The notes under the pieces are model-generated. The model did no database searches, had not been told where the DNA came from, and was given only the letters and a program-made list of their open reading frames with translations. Position numbers and translations under genes: made by a program. From IMG/VR virus record IMGVR_UViG_2529292835_000021: 8,007 nucleotides of DNA; one strand, 5' to 3'. Source of the DNA: a virus (Duplodnaviria > Heunggongvirae > Uroviricota > Caudoviricetes). Shown in pieces: positions 1-7,036 of the stretch; within the stretch, counting starts at the first letter, position 1; each line of letters starts with the position of its first letter.

Positions 1-18
1 TTTCGTTCCTAGCGCGCA

Positions 19-37
19 GTGCTTTCCCCGCCTCGCC
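19..37. other. cos: cos cohesive-end site, P2/P4 type (19 nt)
   Basis: Plus strand gtgctttccccgcctcgcc is the reverse complement of GGCGAGGCGGGGAAAGCAC, which I recall as the 19-nt cohesive end of P2/P4-family phages. It lies ~165 bp beyond the psu stop, as expected for P4. Confidence 0.7.
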
Positions 38-137
38 CGCCCGCTTTGCGGGGCGGTTTTAATGCAGTTGCACTGACACGCTCAGACCGCGCCGGGAATG
101 GCGCGGTTTGCAGAAAATGAGGCAGGGAAACGCATGC

Positions 138-171
138 AAAGCCATGCACCTTATCGATGCATGGCTTTTTT
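138..171 (+). terminator. Rho-independent terminator-like hairpin (perfect 8-bp stem gccatgca/tgcatggc, 9-nt loop, T6 tail)
   Basis: Stem 141-148 pairs perfectly with 158-165, extended by A138-140 with T166-168, and is followed by tttttt (166-171). The T-run is strong on the plus strand and only TTT on the minus strand, so it mainly stops rightward transcription; it may also act weakly for psu, which ends at 202. Confidence 0.5.
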
Positions 172-201
172 CAGTAAAAACGGGCGGATTTTCGGGGAAT
201 T

Positions 202-774
202 TTACACAGACTGATGTGATGCCAGTTGCGCACTTTTACGCGAAAAAATCATGTTCTGCGCAGGAGTGAATTTTTCACGGCTGTCATCCACCGAAGCCGC
301 GTCAGGCCTGAATCCGATGGCCGTTAAAATGTCGCTATCCTGTGCGGAATAATTAATTTTTTCACCCTTCGCAAGCCAGGACAGGAGGGCTTCACGCAGG
401 GCATCTGTGGCACGCTGTATGGCACAGTTTCGGGCAATGGCCGTCAGCTCACTGTAGCCCATCAGCTCCGGTGCCAGTGCCGCCGCCAGTGCTGTGCCGT
501 GCTGCTGCATAAAATCATTCAGCCGGTCGCGGATGCTGATGTGCTGAACGGCTTCATGCGAACGAATATAACGACCGGCGGCCTGATTCACCTGCCATTT
601 TCTGACTTCGATAATATTGCGTAATTCGTCAAGGCGACTGACGTTTCTGCCTTCTCCTGACAGAAGCCGCAGATATTCCTGTTCGGCCGCAGCCAGCTCA
701 TTTTTGCGTTGCAGCCATGCTGCTTTGTTATTCTGACAGGTGTCAAAGGCCTGCTGTAAGGCTGTGCTTTCCAT
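202..774 (-). CDS. psu: Psu, polarity suppression (anti-Rho) / capsid decoration protein
   Basis: 190-aa ORF; translation (MESTALQQAFDTCQNNKAAWLQRKNELAAAEQEYLRLL...) matches my recollection of P4 Psu (190 aa). Last gene of a sid-delta-psu operon, 73 bp downstream of delta. Confidence 0.88.
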   Translation of the reverse strand: MESTALQQAFDTCQNNKAAWLQRKNELAAAEQEYLRLLSGEGRNVSRLDELRNIIEVRKWQVNQAAGRYIRSHEAVQHISIRDRLNDFMQQHGTALAAALAPELMGYSELTAIARNCAIQRATDALREALLSWLAKGEKINYSAQDSDILTAIGFRPDAASVDDSREKFTPAQNMIFSRKSAQLASHQSV

Positions 775-847
775 CGTTATCTCTTTCTCATCATGCTGAA
801 GAATAAAAATACGGTGTGCGGCGACGGCCGGTGTTAACCGGCAGCCC

Positions 848-1348
848 TCATTCCAGACGCAGCGAATATGATTGTGTTTTTAACCGTACTGGCGGCAGTT
901 CCTGTTTTTCATGCAGGCGTTCTGCCAGTTCGTCCGGTGTGACCGGGCGGACAATGAAGCGGTTGATGGTCTGAAGCGTTTTAAACACCAGACCACATCC
1001 CGGATCCGTGCACACATAAAAACGCTCGGTGACTTCCTGAGACAGACGCCGCGATGTTCTTGACAGTGCAAGGCCTTTACATCTCCGACAACAATATCCG
1101 GTAACAAGCATTCTTTTCGGGCGTTTCATACTGCCGGAGGCTGACGTCAGTGAATCGCGGTATCTCTGTTTGCCTGAAATGTATTCCATTCCTGAATCTT
1201 TACTGTCAGAGAAAAAGCTTTCACTCGCTTCAAATGTCGCAGAGCAATAAATATTCCGGCACTGTGCAATCATTATCTTGGTGCCATCGTCCATGAAATG
1301 TGCGCGACGGGTGTGAGCAACATGTCCACACGACGGGCAGTAAATCAT
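848..1348 (-). CDS. delta: Delta late-gene transcriptional activator (tandem Ogr-like zinc-finger protein)
   Basis: 166-aa ORF with two Ogr-like Cys-rich modules (CPSCGH...CRNIYC and CCRRCKG...CTDPGCG), the duplicated-Ogr architecture and the length of P4 Delta. Its ATG overlaps the sid stop (tcat at 1345-1348, ATGA on the coding strand); GAGGA RBS upstream. Confidence 0.88.
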   Translation of the reverse strand: MIYCPSCGHVAHTRRAHFMDDGTKIMIAQCRNIYCSATFEASESFFSDSKDSGMEYISGKQRYRDSLTSASGSMKRPKRMLVTGYCCRRCKGLALSRTSRRLSQEVTERFYVCTDPGCGLVFKTLQTINRFIVRPVTPDELAERLHEKQELPPVRLKTQSYSLRLE

Positions 1349-2079
1349 GACAGCAGTCCTCTGGCCTTAAGCTCTGCTCCCTGCTGGTCTATTTTGTCCT
1401 GCCACACCTTGCGCTGTGCCGGTGTGCCTGCCACCTCATAATCCATGTGCGGAAGTGTTGCCGCTGACAGTCCGGTCAGCCGGAGAACCGGCTCGCCGCT
1501 GAGGCTGATTTGCATCTGTTTAATTTTCTGTTCCAGCGATGATTTCACCTGCTGCATGACAGCCTTTTCCGGTGCGACGTAGCCCTGATGGCCGGTGGTG
1601 TTGGCGAGCGGATTTTCCTGTACCAGAATGCTCAGATGCATTGCCCGGACAAGCGCCTTACAGGTTTCATTCAGGGCGTGTTCCAGCTCATGCTCTGCAT
1701 ACAGACTCAGAAGGTGATGATGTGCCTTCCGGTAGGCGGTGGCCGTGCTGTCACACGCCCCTTTCAGGCGTTCACGTTCGAAATTCAGCACCACGGCCAG
1801 ATTGTCATATTCCTGTACCAGCTCCCGGCGTGCCACGCGCTCAATGTGGCGCTGTTTCAGCTCGTCGCTCAGGACACCACCGGCTGCACGAAAGGCTGTG
1901 CGCCAGTCGTCAGCGTCGTTTCCGTCGGCCTGCGTCAGCGCATTTTTTTCCTGCTCTGCCCGTTCAATGGCCTTGACGGTCTCATCCATCAGTCGGGCGT
2001 TCTCAAGATGAGCGGCTCTGGCCTTTTCCAGTTGTGCCAGTGCGGGTTGCAGATATTCAGGGATGGTGTTGTCAGACAT
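1345..2079 (-). CDS. sid: Sid, external scaffold / capsid size determination protein
   Basis: 244 aa from ATG at 2077-2079 with AGGAG 7 nt upstream. The 250-aa track ORF starts at an in-frame GTG (2095-2097) that overlaps this RBS, so the ATG is preferred. Length equals P4 Sid; first gene of the operon, downstream of a Delta-type site. Confidence 0.8.
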   Translation of the reverse strand: MSDNTIPEYLQPALAQLEKARAAHLENARLMDETVKAIERAEQEKNALTQADGNDADDWRTAFRAAGGVLSDELKQRHIERVARRELVQEYDNLAVVLNFERERLKGACDSTATAYRKAHHHLLSLYAEHELEHALNETCKALVRAMHLSILVQENPLANTTGHQGYVAPEKAVMQQVKSSLEQKIKQMQISLSGEPVLRLTGLSAATLPHMDYEVAGTPAQRKVWQDKIDQQGAELKARGLLS

Positions 2080-2151
2080 TTTCCGGCTCCTCGTCACTTC
2101 AGATTAAGAAAATTGTGACGTACACCGGACAACAACACGACGCATTGCAGA

Positions 2152-2169
2152 TGTGCCAGTCCTGACACA
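2152..2169 (-). promoter_or_regulatory. Delta/Ogr-type activator site TGT-N12-ACA for the sid promoter (Psid)
   Basis: tgt gccagtcctgac aca at 2152-2169, a dyad TGT-N12-ACA as described for P2/P4 late promoters (centred near -55). Centre at 2160.5 puts the leftward start near 2105, about 26 nt upstream of the sid ATG. Confidence 0.6.
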
Positions 2170-2248
2170 GGAGACTCATCCTCAGACCGGCAAGCCAGGA
2201 AAAGGTCGCAGGAAAAACCGGCTTACTGTTTGTTTTTTTATATTTTAC

Positions 2249-2352
2249 TGTTCACCTCTGTTCACCATAAGAAAAAAGATAAGTAATACAGTAAGTTAAA
2301 GGGTGAACAATCGCAGTAATGACTGTTCACCGTCTGTTCACCACTGTTCACC
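2249..2352. repeat. ori: ori-like iteron cluster: six TGTTCACC octamers (alpha-binding type I iterons)
   Basis: Exact TGTTCACC at 2249-2256, 2259-2266, 2324-2331, 2335-2342, 2345-2352 and inverted GGTGAACA at 2302-2309, spaced 10-11 bp within tandem groups. The same octamer recurs in the crr repeats ~4.7 kb away, and an AT-rich stretch follows (2360-2460). P4 ori and crr are described as carrying this octamer. Confidence 0.7.
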
Positions 2353-2511
2353 CGTTGATGGGCTTTTTGTGCTGTTTACTACTGTTTGTTTTTATTAATT
2401 CGCCGTGAATGAATAAGAAGAAACGATTTGTATTTCACTATAAAAATTACGAATTGCTTTAAGTGGCTTTAAATGACTTTAAGTGGGAATGAACAAAAAA
2501 CACACAGTCAT

Positions 2512-2529
2512 TGTAAGGCTGCCGGAACA
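2512..2529 (+). promoter_or_regulatory. Delta/Ogr-type activator site TGT-N12-ACA for the rightward late promoter (PLL-like)
   Basis: tgt aaggctgccgga aca at 2512-2529. Centre at 2520.5 puts the rightward start near 2575, about 55 nt upstream of the vis ATG. It is divergent from the Psid site on the other side of the iterons. Confidence 0.55.
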
Positions 2530-2631
2530 AATCCCCCCTGTTGCGTCTGCCAAAAATATTCACAAAATAAAGCGCTACCCGAAGCCGGACGGACTTATCC
2601 GGTGCTGTATGGACATTAACGAGGTAGCCCG

Positions 2632-2898
2632 ATGCAAGCTGTTTTTTCTTCCCCGTCTCCCGCCCCTGTGACGCCACTGATGCCGCTGCCGGACATCACG
2701 CAGGAGCGTTTTTTACGTCTGCCGGAAGTGATGCACCTGTGCGGCCTGTCACGCTCGACCATCTATGAACTCATCCGTAAGGGGGAATTTCCGCCGCAGG
2801 TGAGTCTTGGCGGTAAAAATGTGGCCTGGCTGCACTCTGAAGTCACCGCATGGATGGCCGGCCGCATTGCCGGACGCCAACGGGGGTATGACGCATGA
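2632..2898 (+). CDS. vis: AlpA-family small DNA-binding regulator (Vis-like late-promoter regulator / excisionase-like)
   Basis: 88-aa ORF with the AlpA-type HTH core ([44 protein letters not shown]); GAGG RBS 7 nt upstream. First gene after the PLL-like site, as for P4 vis. The true start could be the internal Met (MPLPDITQ...). Confidence 0.65.
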   Translation: MQAVFSSPSPAPVTPLMPLPDITQERFLRLPEVMHLCGLSRSTIYELIRKGEFPPQVSLGGKNVAWLHSEVTAWMAGRIAGRQRGYDA

Positions 2899-3449
2899 TG
2901 ATGCCTGTTCTGCAAAAAGTCCCTTTTTCTGGCTTGCCTTTTTCCGGCATTTGCGGATATAGTTTTTCCGCTGCCGCAAAATCGGCAGCCGGGCGTGAGA
3001 ACCCGAGTATGTTATCGGCGACATATGACGCGCCATGCGTCTTTTTTTGTGTCGTTGCTTCGGCACACCTGTTTTTCTGGCTGTGGTTTTTAAACCGTAG
3101 CCTCTGTCAGATAATGGTGGTCCGGGCGGGGCAGCCTTCGGGCTGGCCGGTTTCCGATAACGCCGGTATTCTCACCCCCGTCTGGGCTATCGCCATCGAG
3201 CGTGAGAACTCCGGCGATAGCGTCATTTACGCTGTTATCGGAGGTTGCCTTATGGCTACGACCCTTACCCCCTCACACCCTGAATTTGTCTTTGTGTTTG
3301 CGGCTGTCCGTCGCGCAGACCGTCATCCCCGTATCTGTATGCTTCGCACCGTCGCCGGTGATGAACGCAGCGCCCGCCGTTCCCTTGTCCGTGACTATGT
3401 GCTCTCCCTTGCTGCCCGTCTGCCGGTGGTGGAGGTGTCCCGTGCGTAA
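2895..3449 (+). CDS. eta: eta-like long ORF, in frame with and containing kil
   Basis: Frame 3 is open from ATG 2895 (atgatgatg, overlapping the vis stop at 2896-2898) to 3449. It spans the PLE-like promoter and immunity-RNA region and ends as the 65-aa kil ORF. This matches the published description of P4 eta as a long ORF starting upstream of PLE with kil as its terminal part. Low-complexity N-terminal translation, so whether it is translated here is unproven. Confidence 0.45.
   Translation: MMMPVLQKVPFSGLPFSGICGYSFSAAAKSAAGRENPSMLSATYDAPCVFFCVVASAHLFFWLWFLNRSLCQIMVVRAGQPSGWPVSDNAGILTPVWAIAIERENSGDSVIYAVIGGCLMATTLTPSHPEFVFVFAAVRRADRHPRICMLRTVAGDERSARRSLVRDYVLSLAARLPVVEVSRA
2934..2963 (+). 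promoter_or_regulatory. Candidate sigma70 promoter (PLE-like): TTGCCT-N18-TATAGT
   Basis: -35 ttgcct (2934-2939) and -10 tatagt (2958-2963) with 18-bp spacing; predicted start ~2970, about 25 nt upstream of the seqA-like block. Located inside eta and upstream of kil, as described for P4 PLE. Confidence 0.4.
3105..3185 (+). ncRNA. cI: Candidate CI-type immunity RNA containing a seqB-like block (boundaries approximate)
   Basis: seqB-like block 3154-3175 (CCGATAAC-gccggta-TTCTCAC) is antiparallel-complementary to an upstream block at 2995-3018 (GTGAGAA-cccgagtat-GTTATCGG) and a downstream block at 3202-3215 (GTGAGAA-ct-CCGGC). A 10-nt direct repeat gcgtgagaac occurs at 2993-3002 and 3200-3209. 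A GC hairpin with TTCG loop (cagcc-ttcg-ggctg, ~3131-3143) precedes seqB. Ends of the RNA cannot be set from sequence. Confidence 0.4.
3252..3449 (+). CDS. kil: Kil-like small protein (65 aa; Icd-like cell-division inhibitor family)
   Basis: ATG at 3252 with GGAGG 7 nt upstream gives exactly 65 aa ([26 protein letters not shown]...), the length reported for P4 Kil. It is the first ORF with a strong RBS downstream of the PLE-like promoter and is nested in the eta frame. Confidence 0.6.
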   Translation: MATTLTPSHPEFVFVFAAVRRADRHPRICMLRTVAGDERSARRSLVRDYVLSLAARLPVVEVSRA

Positions 3450-3729
3450 TAAAAAAGCCCCTCAGACCGTCTCAGCACGTCATGACGCCCGTGAACACCT
3501 CAGCATTGAGGCTTACCATAAGCTCAACCGCGCCAGCGCCGTATCCCGGTTTGTTGGGGGTGATTTGATTCACCGTGAACTCTCCGGCCTGCATCAGCTC
3601 TACATTCCGCATATTTTCAGCTACCTGAATGAAGATATTGATTTTGTGCTGAATGAGCTGAAAGCCAAAGGCCTGTGCCGCGATTTTCTCGCCCAGCAGA
3701 AAGACCGGGGAGACAGGACGCATGTTTGA
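3442..3729 (+). CDS. epsilon: Epsilon-like protein (P4 E, antirepressor of helper prophage), 95 aa from a GTG start
   Basis: Frame-1 ORF; the first plausible start is GTG 3442 with GGAGG (3431-3435) 6 nt upstream, giving 95 aa. It overlaps the kil stop by 8 nt and its stop overlaps the orf151 start (atgtttga at 3722-3729). Position matches P4 epsilon; the name rests on synteny and my recollection of size. Confidence 0.55.
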   Translation: MRNKKAPQTVSARHDAREHLSIEAYHKLNRASAVSRFVGGDLIHRELSGLHQLYIPHIFSYLNEDIDFVLNELKAKGLCRDFLAQQKDRGDRTHV

Positions 3730-4177
3730 TTTTCCCCAGCCCGGTGAGATTTACCGTTCTGCCGGTTTTCCCGATGTGGCCGTGGTCGGCATTCTGGAAG
3801 ACGGTATTCCGTGGGAAATGCCGTACCGCTGCCCGGACATTGTCTGGAACCCGTACCGCCGTAAATTCAGTATCCTTGTACGTATCCTCGCTGACGGGCG
3901 CACCACAGACATCCCGCTGGGGCGTTTTCTGCGGGAATTTACCTGTGACCGTCCTGACCTGTTTAAACGCAGCCCCGTAAACCGGCATGCGGTACTGAAA
4001 GAAATGGCCGGAGACCCGGAATTACAGAAATGGCGGGAGAAATATCTGGATATTTACCCGCAGGACACTGTTCCGGCCAGCCGGGCGGCACCGGTGGCGC
4101 GGGAATGGCGGGAAATTCCCCGCACGGAGCCTGACCCGGAAATCACCCCGGATAACAGTTACCGCAATTATCTGTAA
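3722..4177 (+). CDS. Conserved P4-family protein of unknown function (orf151 equivalent)
   Basis: 151-aa ORF, coupled to epsilon by an 8-nt overlap; same length and position as P4 orf151, between epsilon and cnr. Confidence 0.6.
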   Translation: MFDFPQPGEIYRSAGFPDVAVVGILEDGIPWEMPYRCPDIVWNPYRRKFSILVRILADGRTTDIPLGRFLREFTCDRPDLFKRSPVNRHAVLKEMAGDPELQKWREKYLDIYPQDTVPASRAAPVAREWREIPRTEPDPEITPDNSYRNYL

Positions 4178-4312
4178 TTAAAAAACGACACCCGAAAAAT
4201 TAAATGTGCGTATTCGCGCAGGGATACGCACGTCTTCAGGAGACGCAGATATGCCTTATCAGTTAATGCAACCGGCACGGAATGCAGTCATCTGTCACAG
4301 GGAGGAAAACAA

Positions 4313-4633
4313 ATGAAAACACCCTTACCGCCCGTCTTACGCGCTGCCCTTTACCGTCGCGCTGTCGCCTGTGCCTGGCTGACCGTGTGCGAACGTCAGC
4401 ACCGCTACCCGCATCTCACCCTTGAATCACTGGAGGCGGCCATCGCCGCTGAGCTGGAGGGCTTTTATCTGCGCCAGCACGGTGAGGAAAAAGGGCGTCA
4501 GATAGCCTGTGCCCTGCTGGAAGATTTAATGGAATCCGGCTCCCTGAAGGCCGCGCCGTCGCTGTCCTTTCTCGGGCTGGTTGTGATGGATGAACTCTGT
4601 GCCCGTCACATAAAAGCGCCGGTACTGCACTGA
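4313..4633 (+). CDS. cnr: Cnr-like copy-number regulator of alpha-dependent replication (orf106 equivalent)
   Basis: 106-aa ORF immediately upstream of alpha (stop 4633, alpha ATG 4648), with GGAGG upstream. Length and position match P4 cnr. Confidence 0.65.
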   Translation: MKTPLPPVLRAALYRRAVACAWLTVCERQHRYPHLTLESLEAAIAAELEGFYLRQHGEEKGRQIACALLEDLMESGSLKAAPSLSFLGLVVMDELCARHIKAPVLH

Positions 4634-4647
4634 AGGAGAACAACACC

Positions 4648-6979
4648 ATGAAAATGAACGTAACCGCCACCGTCAGCCATGCGCTCGGCCACTGGCCGCG
4701 TATTCTCCCGGCGCTGGGGATTCAGGTGCTGAAAAACCGTCATCAGCCCTGTCCGGTCTGTGGCGGGAGTGACCGCTTCCGTTTTGATGACAGGGAGGGG
4801 CGCGGCACCTGGTACTGCAATCAGTGTGGTGCCGGTGACGGCCTGAAACTGGTTGAAAAGGTGTTTGGTGTTTCCCCGTCCGACGCGGCCGCAAAGGTGG
4901 CTGCCGTGACCGGCAGCCTGCCACCGGCTGACCCGGCAGTGACGACCGCCGCCGTTGCTGAAACAGACGCTGCCCGGAAGAACGCCGCCGCACTGGCACA
5001 AACCCTGATGGCGAAAACCTGTCCCGGAACCGGTAACGCCTACCTGACCCGCAAGGGCTTTCCCGGCCGGGAATGCCGGATGCTGACCGGCACACACAGA
5101 GCCGGTGGCGTGAGCTGGCGCGCCGGTGACCTTGTGGTGCCACTGTATGACGACAGCGGCGAACTGGTTAACCTTCAGTTAATCAGTGCTGACGGCCGTA
5201 AGCGCACCCTGAAAGGCGGACAGGTCAGGGGCACCTGTCACACCTTGAAGGACAGAATCAGGCCGGAAAACGTCTGTGGATAGCGGAGGGATACGCGACC
5301 GCACTTACCGTCATCACCTGACCGGTGAAACGGTGATGGTGGCGCTTTCTTCCGTGAACCTCCTTTCTCTGGCCAGCCTTGCCCGGCAGAAGCATCCGGC
5401 CTGTCAGATTGTCCTTGCTGCTGACCGTGACCTCAGCGGTGACGGCCAGAAAAAAGCCGCCGCAGCCGCAGATGCGTGTGAGGGCGTTGTTGCCCTGCCG
5501 CCGGTCTTCGGTGACTGGAATGATGCCTTCACGCAGTACGGCGGGGAGGCCACCCGTAAGGCCATTTACGATGCCATCCGGCCACCGGCTGAAAGCCCGT
5601 TCGACACCATGAGCGAAGCAGAGTTTTCCGCCATGAGTACCAGCGAAAAGGCCATGCGTATCTATGAGCATTACGGCGAGGCGCTCGCGGTCGATGCCAA
5701 CGGCCAGCTTCTGTCCCGTTATGAAAATGGTGTCTGGAAGGTGCTGCCGCCACAGGACTTTGCCCGGGATGTGGCCGGGCTGTTTCAGCGTCTGCGCGCG
5801 CCGTTCTCCTCCGGGAAGGTGGCCTCCGTGGTGGACACCCTGAAGCTGATTATTCCGCAGCAGGAAGCCCCCTCCCGCCGCCTGATTGGCTTTCGTAACG
5901 GCGTGCTCGACACGCAGAACGGCACGTTCCACCCGCACAGTCCGTCACACTGGATGCGCACCCTGTGCGATGTGGATTTCACCCCGCCGGTGGAAGGGGA
6001 AACGCTGGAAACCCACGCCCCCGCGTTCTGGCGCTGGCTTGACCGTGCCGCCGGTGGCCGTGCGGAAAAACGCGACGTGATTCTGGCCGCACTGTTTATG
6101 GTGCTGGCAAACCGCTACGACTGGCAGCTCTTTCTGGAGGTGACCGGTCCCGGCGGCAGCGGCAAAAGTATCATGGCCGAAATCGCCACCCTGCTGGCCG
6201 GGGAGGATAACGCCACGTCGGCCACCATCGAGACGCTGGAATCCCCGCGTGAACGTGCCGCGTTAACTGGCTTCTCACTGATACGCCTGCCGGACCAGGA
6301 AAAATGGAGCGGCGACGGAGCCGGACTCAAGGCCATCACCGGCGGCGATGCGGTGTCCGTTGACCCGAAATACCGGGATGCGTACTCCACGCATATCCCG
6401 GCGGTGATTCTGGCCGTCAACAATAACCCGATGCGCTTCACCGACCGCAGCGGCGGCGTGTCACGCCGGCGGGTGATTATTCACTTCCCGGAACAGATAG
6501 CCCCGCAGGAGCGCGACCCGCAGCTTAAAGACAAAATCACCCGCGAGCTGGCAGTCATCGTGCGTCACCTGATGCAGAAGTTCAGCGACCCGATGCTCGC
6601 CCGGTCACTGCTTCAGTCCCAGCAGAACTCAGACGAGGCACTGAACATCAAACGGGATGCCGACCCGACGTTTGATTTTATCGGCTATCTGGAAACCCTG
6701 CCGCAGACCAGCGGCATGTATATGGGGAACGCCAGTATCATCCCGCGCAATTACCGTAAATACCTCTATCACGCCTATCTGGCCTACATGGAGGCAAACG
6801 GCTACCGGAATGTACTCAGTCTGAAAATGTTCGGGCTGGGGCTGCCGGTGATGCTGAAGGAATACGGACTGAATTACGAGAAGCGCCATACCAAACAGGG
6901 GATACAGACCAACCTGACGCTGAAAGAGGAAAGCTACGGCGACTGGCTGCCAAAATGTGACGACCCTGCAACAACCTGA
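4648..6979 (+). pseudogene. alpha: alpha primase-helicase (Zn-binding primase N-term, TOPRIM, D5_N, P-loop helicase, C-terminal DNA-binding), frame-disrupted by two 1-nt frame changes
   Basis: N-terminal 211-aa ORF (4648-5283, frame 1) has the CPVCGG...CNQCG zinc motif. The C-terminal 567-aa ORF (5276-6979, frame 2) has the TOPRIM DxD (VLAADRDLSGDG) and Walker A (GPGGSGKS). The TOPRIM glutamate motif AEGYATALTV is encoded only in frame 3 (5283-5312). Stitching 200 + 22 + 555 codons gives 777 aa, the length I recall for P4 alpha. AAGGAG RBS before ATG 4648. Confidence 0.85.
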
Positions 6980-6995
6980 CCATCATGACTCATCT

Positions 6996-7020
6996 GACCG
7001 GCATCTGCAGGTCTTTTTTT
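6996..7020 (+). terminator. Rho-independent terminator-like hairpin after alpha
   Basis: gaccggc-atct-gcaggtc (6996-7013; 7 positions, one G-A mismatch) followed directly by T7 (7014-7020), 17 nt after the alpha stop codon. Confidence 0.45.
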
Positions 7021-7036
7021 ATCCCTGAATTCCCCG

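Noticed and set aside
880-1107. 75-aa minus-strand ORF inside delta
   Set aside because: Alternate frame within the delta coding region; delta has clear tandem zinc-finger modules and the nested ORF has no independent signal.
1572-2118. Three plus-strand ORFs (134, 176, 90 aa) overlapping sid
   Set aside because: They are antisense or alternate-frame to a well-supported 244-aa sid gene, have no RBS, and translate to low-complexity Arg/Ser/Pro-rich sequence typical of spurious ORFs.
2249-2352. CRISPR array, given the repeated octamers
   Set aside because: The repeats are 8 bp with irregular 2-50 bp spacing and mixed orientation and there are no cas genes; this is an iteron pattern, not a repeat-spacer array.
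2459-2677. Small ORFs on both strands (72 and 62 aa) in the ori/PLL control region
   Set aside because: They overlap the tandem 10-bp repeats, the TGT-N12-ACA site and the vis 5' region; no RBS. The region is better explained as regulatory DNA.
2749-3066. 105-aa minus-strand ORF antisense to vis/eta
   Set aside because: Antisense to vis and the PLE-like promoter region; basic low-complexity translation; no RBS.
3202-3441. N-terminal extension of the frame-1 ORF upstream of epsilon (175-aa track ORF)
   Set aside because: The extension overlaps kil in another frame and translates to hydrophobic/Pro-rich low-complexity sequence; a GGAGG RBS precedes the GTG at 3442, giving a 95-aa product.
3472-3988. 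Minus- and plus-strand ORFs (83, 123, 101 aa) overlapping epsilon and orf151
   Set aside because: Alternate-frame or antisense overlaps of translationally coupled genes with proper starts; no independent support.
5240-5320. Programmed ribosomal frameshifting as the explanation for the split alpha gene
   Set aside because: No slippery heptamer or downstream pseudoknot-like structure at either frame transition, and two successive -1 events would be needed. A mutation or sequencing error is more parsimonious.
4416-6889. Multiple minus-strand and alternate-frame ORFs (65-226 aa) across cnr and alpha
   Set aside because: All lie within or antisense to the alpha coding region, whose motifs (zinc-binding, TOPRIM, Walker A) define the true frame; they are typical GC-rich shadow ORFs.
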